Positions 21,145-30,272 of a stretch of DNA of 64,000 bases are shown here, piece after piece (the first letter of the stretch is position 1; every line of letters begins with the position of its first letter). This DNA comes from Leptospira sp. (GTDB lineage Bacteria > Spirochaetota > Leptospiria > Leptospirales > Leptospiraceae), in NCBI GenBank assembly GCA_034439575.1, contig JAWXAQ010000007.1, positions 224,001-288,000 on the forward strand. The letters run 5' to 3'. A program made the position numbers and the translations under genes. The notes under the pieces are model-generated. The model was not told the origin of the DNA and made no database searches. It was given only the letters and a program-made list of their open reading frames with translations.

Positions 21145-22679
21145 TTAAATTTTTTTTACTTTGCCTATTGTACTTAGTTTCAACCGCCATACTAGCGGAT
21201 GATGAAGAATCTCAACGTACAAATATTAATTTTAGTGGTTCATTTCGTGTCCGTGGAACAAACGTTGGACGAGATGTTTTGTTAACAAGACAATCGCCTG
21301 TGACACCTGTTAGCGATCCATTAGCAGAATACAATGCCAGGTTATTAAAAGAAGGCCAAGCAATCAATGAAGATTTGGAACGTCGCCGTGTCGGTTTACC
21401 TTCTCAACTAACACCTCGAAAAGAAGATGTTAATTATTATGATACTCGTTTTTTATATAATATGAGTTTTTCTACTGGAAAGTATGTTGAAGGGATTTGG
21501 GGAATGCAAGTCGGTGACATTCCTTTTGGTGGAAGGGGACTCAGAGCAACAGGTCCGGATGGATTTGATCCGGGAATTGTCGGGCCAGGTGCTGGTGGTG
21601 AAAGAGGCAGAACGTCCGCCGTTAACGTGCAGACCAACTTTCTATATTTAAACTTTCGAATACCTGAATCGGCCTTATTTATAAAAGTTGGACAACAATT
21701 ATTTTCATCTCCCCAAGGGAGAGTTTTATTCTCGACAGGAACAGGCGTTAGTATAGTTAAAAATTTTCAATTTTTACGCCTTTCCTGGGAGGGTGGATTA
21801 CTTAGAGCGAAAGATCAAAGCTTTTTGGATGTTGATAAAAATGGATTCGCAGATAAGAACTATCAAAATTCAAATATTTTTTATAACAGAATGAAAATTG
21901 AATATTTTCGTAATATTCGCAATGAGTTTTATACATATTTTTTGGATGATAATGAAAAGAGTGATAATGAAACAGCCAGGTTAGCTTGGTATGGATTTTT
22001 TAATGAATTCAATTTTCAAACTTTCTCATTTTCTGTTCATGGAATTTTAAATACAGGGATTGTAAAAAAACTAAAGCCTGTTAAAGATTCCTCTGATACT
22101 ACAGTTTATCATACTACCAGTAGACATTTTATAAAGGGTGGTATGTATGATTTTCAATTCGCCTATCGTTGGAATGATTCACTTAATTTTAATTTGATCG
22201 CTTTAGGTACAACTGGGAGACCTGGTTATGATGCTAATGGTGAAGAAGCTAATTTAAAAGGGAATGGTTATCGAACACTTGCACCAGGTTTCTCTATTTC
22301 AAATATTGCAACAGACTTTACAGGTGGTTATGCGATGTTCAACGGTTCAAGTTTTTCAGGATTAAATGAATATGGAACTTTTGCAAATATCATAGCATTT
22401 GGCCCATACCAATTCACTTTCGGTTATTACCAACTTTGGGCCACAAGATCACCTGAAATTAAAATCAATCGTGAGTTTTCAGAATGGGGCGGGTATAAAA
22501 CTTCCACTTATTTAGGAATGGAGTATAACTTTAATATTCGTTATAATGTAACTTCTGATTTTCAAATCGTTTTCAGATCTGGCTACTTTGTGGCAGGGGA
22601 TGCTTTATTTGTTTTACTAGATTCCAGATATGGTAAGGTTTTGCGAGAAGCCTTTGTCACATTTGAGCATAGATTTTAG
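21141..22679 (+). CDS. Putative outer-membrane beta-barrel protein
   Basis: Signal peptide, alternating aromatic beta strands, C-terminal FVTFEHRF; ATGA overlap with the SBP gene. Confidence 0.7.
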   Translation: MIKFFLLCLLYLVSTAILADDEESQRTNINFSGSFRVRGTNVGRDVLLTRQSPVTPVSDPLAEYNARLLKEGQAINEDLERRRVGLPSQLTPRKEDVNYYDTRFLYNMSFSTGKYVEGIWGMQVGDIPFGGRGLRATGPDGFDPGIVGPGAGGERGRTSAVNVQTNFLYLNFRIPESALFIKVGQQLFSSPQGRVLFSTGTGVSIVKNFQFLRLSWEGGLLRAKDQSFLDVDKNGFADKNYQNSNIFYNRMKIEYFRNIRNEFYTYFLDDNEKSDNETARLAWYGFFNEFNFQTFSFSVHGILNTGIVKKLKPVKDSSDTTVYHTTSRHFIKGGMYDFQFAYRWNDSLNFNLIALGTTGRPGYDANGEEANLKGNGYRTLAPGFSISNIATDFTGGYAMFNGSSFSGLNEYGTFANIIAFGPYQFTFGYYQLWATRSPEIKINREFSEWGGYKTSTYLGMEYNFNIRYNVTSDFQIVFRSGYFVAGDALFVLLDSRYGKVLREAFVTFEHRF

Positions 22680-23269
22680 ATTGTGAGACGCGATTTGATC
22701 GCCTTACCAAGTGTATACTGATCCGAGTATTCGATAGTTCCCCCAATAGTAATCCCATGTGCTATCCTTGAAACTCTTATCCCGAAAGATTTAATTATAG
22801 TAGATATATAAGAAGCCGTGGCGTCGCCCTCCAAAGTTGGATTTGTTGCCACTAGAACTTCTGTGATATTTGAATTCTTTAATCTTTCTAAAAGTTGTGG
22901 AATTCTTAATTGGTCAGGTCCTATTCCATCTAAAGGTGAAATTGAACCATTTAAAACATGATACTTACCAAAGTATTCTTTTGTATTTTCAATAAAAAAA
23001 ATATCTTCTGGTTGTTCTACGACACAAACAATGGATTGGTCACGTTTGTGTGAATTGCAGATTTCGCAAATTGAATCTTCCGTGAGTCCGCCGCACACTT
23101 CGCAAAAATGCAAATTTTCACGTGCTTCTCTAATACCATTGATCCAAGCTTGAAAGGAAGAAGTATCCATTCGCAAAACATGAAATCCAATTCTAGTGGC
23201 ACTTTTTTTTCCTATACCTGGAAGTAAGGAAAAAGAGGAGATAAGTTTTTGAAATTGATTTTCAGACAG
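22676..23269 (-). CDS. recR: Recombination mediator RecR
   Basis: LPGIGKKSA.R, C4 Zn finger, YHVL.G.ISP, ATNPTLEGDATA; start uncertain (CTG 23269 or GTG 23284/23281). Confidence 0.95.
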   Translation of the reverse strand: MSENQFQKLISSFSLLPGIGKKSATRIGFHVLRMDTSSFQAWINGIREARENLHFCEVCGGLTEDSICEICNSHKRDQSIVCVVEQPEDIFFIENTKEYFGKYHVLNGSISPLDGIGPDQLRIPQLLERLKNSNITEVLVATNPTLEGDATASYISTIIKSFGIRVSRIAHGITIGGTIEYSDQYTLGKAIKSRLTI

Positions 23270-23630
23270 AAGGATTACCACCACTGTTCATTTGATTCAT
23301 CATATTTTCTAAGTCTTTAGGATTAAAACCCAAAACATTTTTTACTTCATGTGCCATTGTTTCTTTAGATTTTCTGATAGCTTCATTTGTCGCAGATAAT
23401 ATTAAATCCTCTAACATCTTACTATCATTAGCATTGAACATAATAGGATTAATTTTTATATTTGTGATATTTCCTTCACCTGACGCGGTAACTTCGACCA
23501 TACCTGCTCCCGCAGAAGCAGTCACATGAATTTGAGCCAAACGTTTTTGCAGTTCAGCTTGCTTTTCTTGCATGTTTCCGAATTGGGAAAAAGCATCTTT
23601 CATTTGTTTGACTTGGTCAAATATTCCCAT
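23262..23630 (-). CDS. ybaB: Nucleoid-associated protein YbaB/EbfC
   Basis: AGAGMV.V, MLEDLI..A.NEA; between dnaX and recR. Confidence 0.93.
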   Translation of the reverse strand: MGIFDQVKQMKDAFSQFGNMQEKQAELQKRLAQIHVTASAGAGMVEVTASGEGNITNIKINPIMFNANDSKMLEDLILSATNEAIRKSKETMAHEVKNVLGFNPKDLENMMNQMNSGGNPSV

Positions 23631-23640
23631 AATTTATTTC

Positions 23641-25020
23641 CTAGATATTTTTATATTTGTTTGGATCTGCATCAGTTCCGCCAAATGTTTCCTTCACCAA
23701 TTTTTCGATCTCCAATGAATTTTTACTTGGATTAGACTCTATAGCGACTTCGTCAGGTTTTTCAATTTTTGTTTGAGGAATATTTTTTTCTACCTTAGGA
23801 ACCGTCGAAACTATGTTTACCGATGGTTCCTGGATATTATTTACATCGGCTTGGATTTGTTTTGTTAAATCTGATAATTTAGAGAGTAAACCAGAGACTG
23901 TTGGTTTTTCTCTTTCCAATAAAATCTTACGAAATTGAATCTCCAAAAATACTTTAACTTCATAAGAACTGCGAAGTTTCATTTGATTTAATTTTTCGTG
24001 CACTAGAAACATATTTTCTGATAATAAAATCAGAACTTCTCTATCGATATTTCTAAATTCTGATTTTAACTTTTGAATATCTTCCTGGGGGATATTGATC
24101 GATTCTCTTTGTGCCAAATTTTCTTGGATCAAAAGTAATGAATTTAAGAATTCAACAAAATCCCAAATGAACTTTATTAGATCTAATCCGTCTTGAAAAT
24201 ATAATTCTAGTTTTTCAAATAATTTCGAAGATTGTGTGGAATCCAAAATATAATTTAGAAAATCGATAAATATATCAATGCCATGATATCCTATCATTTT
24301 TCGTAATTTTGCGCCAGTTAAGTTACCATCAGTAAAAACTACAGCTTGTTCCATAAAAGAGAGTGTATCGCGAACAGAGCCATCTCCCTTTTTGGCAATC
24401 CAAAACAGGCCTTCGGTATCAAATTTGAGATTTTCTTTCTGGGCAATTGTTTCGATATACTGTTGTAATACGGCTACCGGAACTTTCCGAAATGTGAAAT
24501 CCTGGCATCGTGATAAAATTGTCTCTGGTATCTTATGATATTCTGTGGTCGCAAGTATAAATACCACATGTTGAGGAGGTTCTTCTAAAGTTTTTAAGAG
24601 AGCATTGAATGCTGCTCCACTTAACATATGTACTTCGTCAAGAATATAGACGCGGTACTTTCCGCCCATGGCATTGAATTTTACATTTTCTCGTAATTCC
24701 CTGACATTATCGACACCACTATTAGAGGCGGCATCAATTTCTAGAACATCATTCGAATTTCCTTTAATGATCTCTTTACACGATAAACATTCGTTACAAG
24801 GTTCGACACCATCTGGTTTTTCGCAATTTAAACGTTTGGCGAGAATTCTAGCAATTGTAGTTTTTCCAACACCTCTTGGTCCAATAAAAATATAAGCATG
24901 ACCTATTTTTTTATTCTTAAAAGCATTTGTTAAAGAATTTACAGCTAAATCTTGATAGATGACGTCCCTAAAGAATTGAGGGCGGTATTTACGGAATAGG
25001 ACTTGATGGTTGTCGTTCAT
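23641..25020 (-). CDS. dnaX: DNA polymerase III gamma/tau subunit
   Basis: RKYRP, GPRGVGKTT, EIDAAS, DEVHML, NALLKTLEEPP, SRC. Confidence 0.97.
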   Translation of the reverse strand: MNDNHQVLFRKYRPQFFRDVIYQDLAVNSLTNAFKNKKIGHAYIFIGPRGVGKTTIARILAKRLNCEKPDGVEPCNECLSCKEIIKGNSNDVLEIDAASNSGVDNVRELRENVKFNAMGGKYRVYILDEVHMLSGAAFNALLKTLEEPPQHVVFILATTEYHKIPETILSRCQDFTFRKVPVAVLQQYIETIAQKENLKFDTEGLFWIAKKGDGSVRDTLSFMEQAVVFTDGNLTGAKLRKMIGYHGIDIFIDFLNYILDSTQSSKLFEKLELYFQDGLDLIKFIWDFVEFLNSLLLIQENLAQRESINIPQEDIQKLKSEFRNIDREVLILLSENMFLVHEKLNQMKLRSSYEVKVFLEIQFRKILLEREKPTVSGLLSKLSDLTKQIQADVNNIQEPSVNIVSTVPKVEKNIPQTKIEKPDEVAIESNPSKNSLEIEKLVKETFGGTDADPNKYKNI

Positions 25021-25030
25021 TTAGAAACCT

Positions 25031-25115
<85 letters not shown>

Positions 25116-25160
25116 AATGAGTTCTACGAACATCCATAAAAAGAAATGGTCAATAGAATT

Positions 25161-25601
25161 CTACCTTTTCTCTTTGAAAAAGTCCTTAAAATCTGTAAGA
25201 ATCGAAGAATTTTTTATATAGGTTAGCTTAGGATAATGATTAAGTAAATAAATAGATTCAGGCGAATAAGAAGAAATGCCTTCACCATTTTTAGCAGGAA
25301 GAAAATAGACTACCTCAGGAATTTTGACTCTAAAAATGGCACCAGAACATTGCAAACATGGTTCTAGAGTGGTAATTAATAAACACCCCATCAAATACTT
25401 TTCATTTAAGGATTTCAGTGCTCTTTCAATTGCTATGACTTCACTATGCAGTGTAGCATTTAACATTGACTCGACGGCATTGGAAGCACTTGCGATTAAT
25501 TTTCTATCAGGAGAATAGATTTCAGTGAATGACGGAATTTCGTGTGGTAAGTTTGATTTTGAAAGTTTATAGTTTATTAAAAAGCTTTCTAAATAATCCA
25601 A
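25161..25601 (-). CDS. tadA: tRNA-specific adenosine deaminase TadA (divergent)
   Basis: EIP, HSE (HAE variant), TLEPCLQC, LNH, DFF..KR; adjacent to tRNA-Arg(ACG). Confidence 0.85.
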   Translation of the reverse strand: MDYLESFLINYKLSKSNLPHEIPSFTEIYSPDRKLIASASNAVESMLNATLHSEVIAIERALKSLNEKYLMGCLLITTLEPCLQCSGAIFRVKIPEVVYFLPAKNGEGISSYSPESIYLLNHYPKLTYIKNSSILTDFKDFFKEKR

Positions 25602-25602
25602 G

Positions 25603-25676
25603 CGCGCCCAAGAGGATTTGAACCTCTAACCTTCTGATCCGTAGTCAGATACTCTATCCAGTTGAGCTATGGGCGC
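25603..25676 (-). tRNA. tRNA-Arg(ACG)
   Basis: GCGCCCA/TGGGCGC acceptor stem, anticodon arm TCTGA-CTACGGA-TCAGA, GGTTCAAATCC; CCA not encoded. Confidence 0.96.
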
Positions 25677-26060
25677 AAAATTGCTTTCTAATTTGGTTTC
25701 CCAATCTGTAAGGATTGGTATTTCAATGGTTTTTTTGAATCGAACAGAGTAAATCAAAAATCCCGCTAAACCTAGATAAATCACAATAGCCACGAAATGA
25801 ATGAGATTGGCCAAAAAGGCTCCAATCCAAGGAAATACGGAAATAACTTGAGCAAGTATGAGAAATAGAAAGAACAAACCAGTGTTAATCGCAGAATAAA
25901 GGGAAATTTTTCGAATTAGATTTGTTTTGGAATGCCAAGAAAGGATTGGAACCCAAGAAAAGTACAATGGGAGAGCAGAAAAAATACAAAGATTTCTCTC
26001 CTTTAAAAGGTAAGTTTTAAATTTTTTTAAAGGGATTTGTATCTGTTCTATGCTCAGCAT
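25626..26060 (-). CDS. Small membrane protein (DUF4870-like); 3' end overlaps tRNA-Arg
   Basis: About 3 hydrophobic segments, PWIG and EIPI motifs; ATG 26060 preceded by GAGAG; last 17 codons lie inside the tRNA. Confidence 0.65.
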   Translation of the reverse strand: MLSIEQIQIPLKKFKTYLLKERNLCIFSALPLYFSWVPILSWHSKTNLIRKISLYSAINTGLFFLFLILAQVISVFPWIGAFLANLIHFVAIVIYLGLAGFLIYSVRFKKTIEIPILTDWETKLESNFAPIAQLDRVSDYGSEG

Positions 26061-26067
26061 ATACTCT

Positions 26068-26156
<89 letters not shown>

Positions 26157-26165
26157 ATAATACTT

Positions 26166-26249
<84 letters not shown>

Positions 26250-26263
26250 AGGAGTACCTATCC

Positions 26264-26291
26264 GTTATCCGAAATACAAGTGCAGTGTCAA
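26264..26291 (-). promoter_or_regulatory. Putative sigma70 promoter of the tRNA-tadA-dnaX run
   Basis: Perfect TTGACA (26291-26286), 16-nt spacer, weak GATAAC -10. Confidence 0.45.
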
Positions 26292-26318
26292 ATGAATAAT
26301 CAATGAATGGCTTAGAGA

Positions 26319-27437
26319 ATGAAAAAGCTCAGAGTAAAATTAGAAAAATGGGTAAATGGTGGCTATGCATTGGCACATCATGAGGGACATGCAGTCTTTG
26401 TTTTAGGCGGGATTCCAGGTGAATCCGTGGACATAAAACTAGACAAAGAAGGTTCAAAGGAATGGTTTGGAACAACGACCGATGTTTTAGAACCTTCGCA
26501 TGAAAGAATCAATTCGGATTGTGAGGTATTCTTATCTTGTGGTGGCTGTAGTTATCGACATATCAATTATGAAAACGAATTAAAGATCAAAAAATCTCTG
26601 TTATCCGATATGTTTCCGAAGGAAGCAAGTTGGATAGATACCATCAGTGGTTCGAGTTTACATTATAGAAATAATGTCCAATGGCAAAACGACAAAGGTA
26701 AAATTGGTTTTTATAGCAAAAATTCCCATAGTGTTGAAGTAAAGGCTAACGAACTTTGTCAGAATTTAGATCCTAAACTTCTTTGGTCCAATTTGGATCA
26801 AAATCTTAAAAATAAATTTAAAAAATTAAAAAACATTTCACTACGAATTTCGAATGATCAAGTCATCAATTATGACTCGGATGTGACTAAAATTGAAGTG
26901 AACGGAAGATTGTTGCAAGTTCCTGAAAAAGGTTTTTTTCAAATCAATCAATTTTTGATCCAACCTTGGTTAGATAAAATAGGTGAGTATTTGAATGAGA
27001 AAGAAGATGTTTTAGAACTCTTTTGCGGCTGTGGAACTATTGGAATTGGGCTAAGTGATAAAATACATTCCCTCTATGGAATTGAACTCCATCAAAAGAG
27101 TATTGATTTTGCAAAATTAAATGCAAAAACAAATCATATTAAGAATTTCACATATGAGTCCATCGATCTTTACCAAAGACCGATTCCAAAAACGGTATCA
27201 AAATATCCAACTTGGATTGTGAATCCACCAAGAGCAGGGCTTACAAAAGAAATCATAGAGTCCATTCACCAATTTAAGCCCAAAAAAATTATCTACTCTA
27301 GTTGCAATCCGAGTACATTAAAAAGAGATATTGTGGAATTGAAAAAAAGGAATTATAAAATCACAAAACTAACGTTAATTGATTTTTTCCCACGAACTCC
27401 TCATTATGAAGTTTTATGTTGTATTGAAAGAACATAA
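26319..27437 (+). CDS. RlmD/TrmA-family RNA m5U methyltransferase with TRAM domain
   Basis: C..F.SCGGC Fe-S motif, YRN, FFQIN, ELFCG.G, NPPRAG, YSSCNP.TL.RD, DFFP.T.HYE. Confidence 0.92.
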   Translation: MKKLRVKLEKWVNGGYALAHHEGHAVFVLGGIPGESVDIKLDKEGSKEWFGTTTDVLEPSHERINSDCEVFLSCGGCSYRHINYENELKIKKSLLSDMFPKEASWIDTISGSSLHYRNNVQWQNDKGKIGFYSKNSHSVEVKANELCQNLDPKLLWSNLDQNLKNKFKKLKNISLRISNDQVINYDSDVTKIEVNGRLLQVPEKGFFQINQFLIQPWLDKIGEYLNEKEDVLELFCGCGTIGIGLSDKIHSLYGIELHQKSIDFAKLNAKTNHIKNFTYESIDLYQRPIPKTVSKYPTWIVNPPRAGLTKEIIESIHQFKPKKIIYSSCNPSTLKRDIVELKKRNYKITKLTLIDFFPRTPHYEVLCCIERT

Positions 27438-27450
27438 TGAGAAGTCTGAA

Positions 27451-27478
27451 GCATTAGAATTTTCTAATGTTACTTTTG
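27451..27478. terminator. Putative intrinsic terminator between convergent genes
   Basis: CATTAGAA-TT-TTCTAATG inverted repeat followed by TTACTTTT. Confidence 0.45.
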
Positions 27479-27676
27479 AGTTTGTTTGGTAGAAAATTTA
27501 AAAGGTAGGTATGCAGGACAAAATCCTACCGCTGAAGTTCCTATCATCACTAAACCAACTACGGCTAAAACAATTGCGACAGTACCTTGTAAGATGCCAC
27601 CAAAGAATAATCCAGCAATGATGATTCCAATTGCTAGGCGAGCGATTCGGTCATAAATTCCCATATTCTGAAACAT
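27470..27676 (-). CDS. DUF2892/YgaP-family small membrane protein
   Basis: NMG..DR..R, two TM segments, GFCPAY.PF..ST; AGGAG before ATG 27676. Confidence 0.88.
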   Translation of the reverse strand: MFQNMGIYDRIARLAIGIIIAGLFFGGILQGTVAIVLAVVGLVMIGTSAVGFCPAYLPFKFSTKQTQK

Positions 27677-27714
27677 GATAATTCTCCTATTTCTCATATT
27701 GGACGAAAATTTTT

Positions 27715-28596
27715 CTAAATTTTATTCTTTTGAAGCCAAAAAACAATATTTTGAATTACTTCTTCTGGTCTTTCCCAATGTAAAAAATGGCCAGTATGAT
27801 CAAATCCCACCTTTCTTAATCCGCCTGAAAAATCTGATTCCTTAAGAATTTGTTCAAATAAATTTCGATGGAAACATCCGTCATTTAGGCCGTATAAAAC
27901 TTGCGTTGGGGAACCTACAACTGCATCAATGATTCCTAATATACTTTCTCTACCAGAATCCGTTAAAAAGTCATTTAAATTTCTATAATAAGCAAGAGCA
28001 GAAGAAAGAACTCCTGGATTTTGAAAAGAAGCCTTAATTTCCGCTAGGTGGTCTGCATTTGGAATCGAATCAGGAGACCAATCTTTCCACAAAAAGTCGA
28101 TTAGTCCAAAATCATTAGAACGTAAAGTTAGTTCAGCTAAATAGGGAATTTGAAAAAGTAATAAATACCACGAATGTAACGACTGTTGCGGCGCCCAAAG
28201 AAATGTTTCTTGGTAATTTTTTAATAAAGGAACACCGAGAGAGGTAATTGATGAAATACGCATGGGATAATAAATCCCACATGCATATGCAATCACTGCA
28301 CCCCAATTATGGCCAACAAGATGAACATGATCCCAACCTCTATCATCCATCCATCCTAGAATATCTAACATCAAATCATTGATATGTAATTTTGACCAAT
28401 GGGAAATTGTATTTGGCTCATAGCCTCGCATCACGGGCGCTACACAATGATATCCTTTTTTAGATATGGGTTCTAATAAATGTGAAAAAGTTTTATTATT
28501 ATCTGGAAATCCATGTAGAAATAATACCGGTTCACCAGAACCTGCTTCTATAGTAGAGAAGACTGTCTGTTTGTTTCTGATTTCTGAATAAAACAT
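27715..28596 (-). CDS. Alpha/beta hydrolase (epoxide-hydrolase-like)
   Basis: HGFP, RGY, GHNWGA, GH..HWE.P. Confidence 0.88.
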   Translation of the reverse strand: MFYSEIRNKQTVFSTIEAGSGEPVLFLHGFPDNNKTFSHLLEPISKKGYHCVAPVMRGYEPNTISHWSKLHINDLMLDILGWMDDRGWDHVHLVGHNWGAVIAYACGIYYPMRISSITSLGVPLLKNYQETFLWAPQQSLHSWYLLLFQIPYLAELTLRSNDFGLIDFLWKDWSPDSIPNADHLAEIKASFQNPGVLSSALAYYRNLNDFLTDSGRESILGIIDAVVGSPTQVLYGLNDGCFHRNLFEQILKESDFSGGLRKVGFDHTGHFLHWERPEEVIQNIVFWLQKNKI

Positions 28597-29570
28597 TAAT
28601 TCACTCCCATGATCGATTTCGGTGTCTGTTTAAAAAATTGGATCACTACTTTTGTCGCATCTAGATCATTCGTCAAATATCCAGAATTTTTTTCATTAAG
28701 ATAATAAAATCCGTGCGGCCAAAAATGCCCACCAGATTCGATCAAATAAGCATTTAACATTGAATTTGTGGAACAATTTGTAAAAGAATATTTTAATATA
28801 TCTTTCTGTGTTTTCTTCTTTAAACCATCAATGTATTCAATTTCTTCTTTATCGCATTTCAATCTCTTTTTCCATATTGATAATGATTCTAAAAAAGAAA
28901 GGCTTTCGCCTCCGAAAACTTTGGCTGCATTTGGTTCCATAGAAATCGGGATTTGTATAGAACCACCTTTATAAGGAACCACATCATCTTTTTTACCAAA
29001 AATAAAACCGAGAGATACTGGTTCAGGTAAAGAACATTGCTCTGAAATAAATTTAGAAGTAGTTGCGGCAATGGAAAAACCGGAGGCAAAAATATCAGCG
29101 GCTTCACACAAAATCCTTTGAGCCATAAAGCCACCGTTTGATAGACCCACAACATGAATTTTCGAAGTATCTATTTCATATTTTGTTTTAAAATATTCTA
29201 TCATTTGTCTAAAGAAAAGCACATCTTTCGTATTGCGTTTGTCAGTTGAAGAATGCGGTAGACTTCGACCATCGTTCCATCTATTTTCAAATCCATTGGG
29301 ATAAACAGCAATATAGTTATTTTCTGAAGCTAAGTCTGACATACGAGTGAGATAAATCATTCCCTCACCACTCCCTCCGCCACCATGCAAAATAAAAATG
29401 AGAGAATACTTAGTATTGGTTTTATTCTTAGGAATATAATAATGAAAATCTCTTTCTATTCCATCACTCTGAATCTTAGTTAGGTTATGTTCTGAAACAG
29501 GGACAAATTTTGGGATTGTTTTGCAGAAACTGAATAAACCAAGTACACTCAACGTAACTAAAATTTTCAC
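28596..29570 (-). CDS. LpqC/PHB-depolymerase-family esterase lipoprotein
   Basis: Lipobox-like FSFC, LHGGGG, GLSNGG nucleophile, DDVVP, GGH.WP. Confidence 0.85.
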   Translation of the reverse strand: MKILVTLSVLGLFSFCKTIPKFVPVSEHNLTKIQSDGIERDFHYYIPKNKTNTKYSLIFILHGGGGSGEGMIYLTRMSDLASENNYIAVYPNGFENRWNDGRSLPHSSTDKRNTKDVLFFRQMIEYFKTKYEIDTSKIHVVGLSNGGFMAQRILCEAADIFASGFSIAATTSKFISEQCSLPEPVSLGFIFGKKDDVVPYKGGSIQIPISMEPNAAKVFGGESLSFLESLSIWKKRLKCDKEEIEYIDGLKKKTQKDILKYSFTNCSTNSMLNAYLIESGGHFWPHGFYYLNEKNSGYLTNDLDATKVVIQFFKQTPKSIMGVN

Positions 29571-30041
29571 TTAAAAAAGTGCTTTCCACTTTGCTAGTTG
29601 GATTTCACAATTAATATCGCCTTCTGCTGGATAGGCGGCGTGGAATTCTTTATCTGTGGTTTCGATATATGGTCCTGATTTTCCTTCAAAACAAACAGCA
29701 TAATCGCTAAGACATAAAAGATTATGCCAAACTCCAGGTTGAATGTCTATGCCGACGACTGGGCCATCAGAGCTAAGAACATGTTTTTCTCGTAAACTTC
29801 CGTCATTATTATAAATCAAAAATCCTATTTTGCCTTGTAGTATAACAAATGTTTCAGGTTTAGGATCGGAAAGGTGTTTATGAACGCTAACGTATGTATC
29901 GCGAGTTAATACATTGAGGAAACGTTGGTATACTTCTGTGAGTGCATGGAAGTTATGGTTTTTTCGTTTTCTAGGAGATGATTTTGCTTCCCTGATGATT
30001 CTATCAAAAAGGTTATGATCAATAAGTTGAATTTCCCGCAA
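29571..30041 (-). CDS. WbuC-family cupin metalloprotein
   Basis: SPRKR.NHNFH, QRFLN, HKH, ETF, WH, FE.K.GPY. Confidence 0.88.
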   Translation of the reverse strand: MREIQLIDHNLFDRIIREAKSSPRKRKNHNFHALTEVYQRFLNVLTRDTYVSVHKHLSDPKPETFVILQGKIGFLIYNNDGSLREKHVLSSDGPVVGIDIQPGVWHNLLCLSDYAVCFEGKSGPYIETTDKEFHAAYPAEGDINCEIQLAKWKALF

Positions 30042-30213
30042 GTGTTAGACCCTCATACTCATGTTGGATGTATTGTAGCATATCAGATACACAGGCTGTG
30101 CAAGTATCTGCTGCTCCCAATTCTTTCGCAACTTCGAGTACAGGTCGATTCGTTTCTTTTACTTTTTCTAGGATTTCTTGAAAGTAAACTTCTGCGCAAT
30201 GACACTTAATCAT
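30019..30213 (-). CDS. bfd: Bfd-like [2Fe-2S] ferredoxin
   Basis: 64 aa with C-x-C-x31-C-x2-C (CHC...CTAC). Confidence 0.8.
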   Translation of the reverse strand: MIKCHCAEVYFQEILEKVKETNRPVLEVAKELGAADTCTACVSDMLQYIQHEYEGLTLAGNSTY

Positions 30214-30221
30214 GGTGGTTC

Positions 30222-30236
30222 TGAGAATCAGTCTCT
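30222..30236. promoter_or_regulatory. Fur/PerR-like 7-1-7 operator upstream of bfd
   Basis: TGAGAATCAGTCTCT, imperfect inverted repeat 8 nt from the ATG; resembles 53980-54000. Confidence 0.55.
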
Positions 30237-30272
30237 TTTAGTCCTAAAAATTCGACAACTAAAAAATCACTA

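Noticed and set aside
23782-23792. A-AAA-AAT slippery site in dnaX as a gamma/tau frameshift
   Set aside because: Not the A-AAA-AAG type, no clear stimulatory hairpin, and A-runs are very common in this genome
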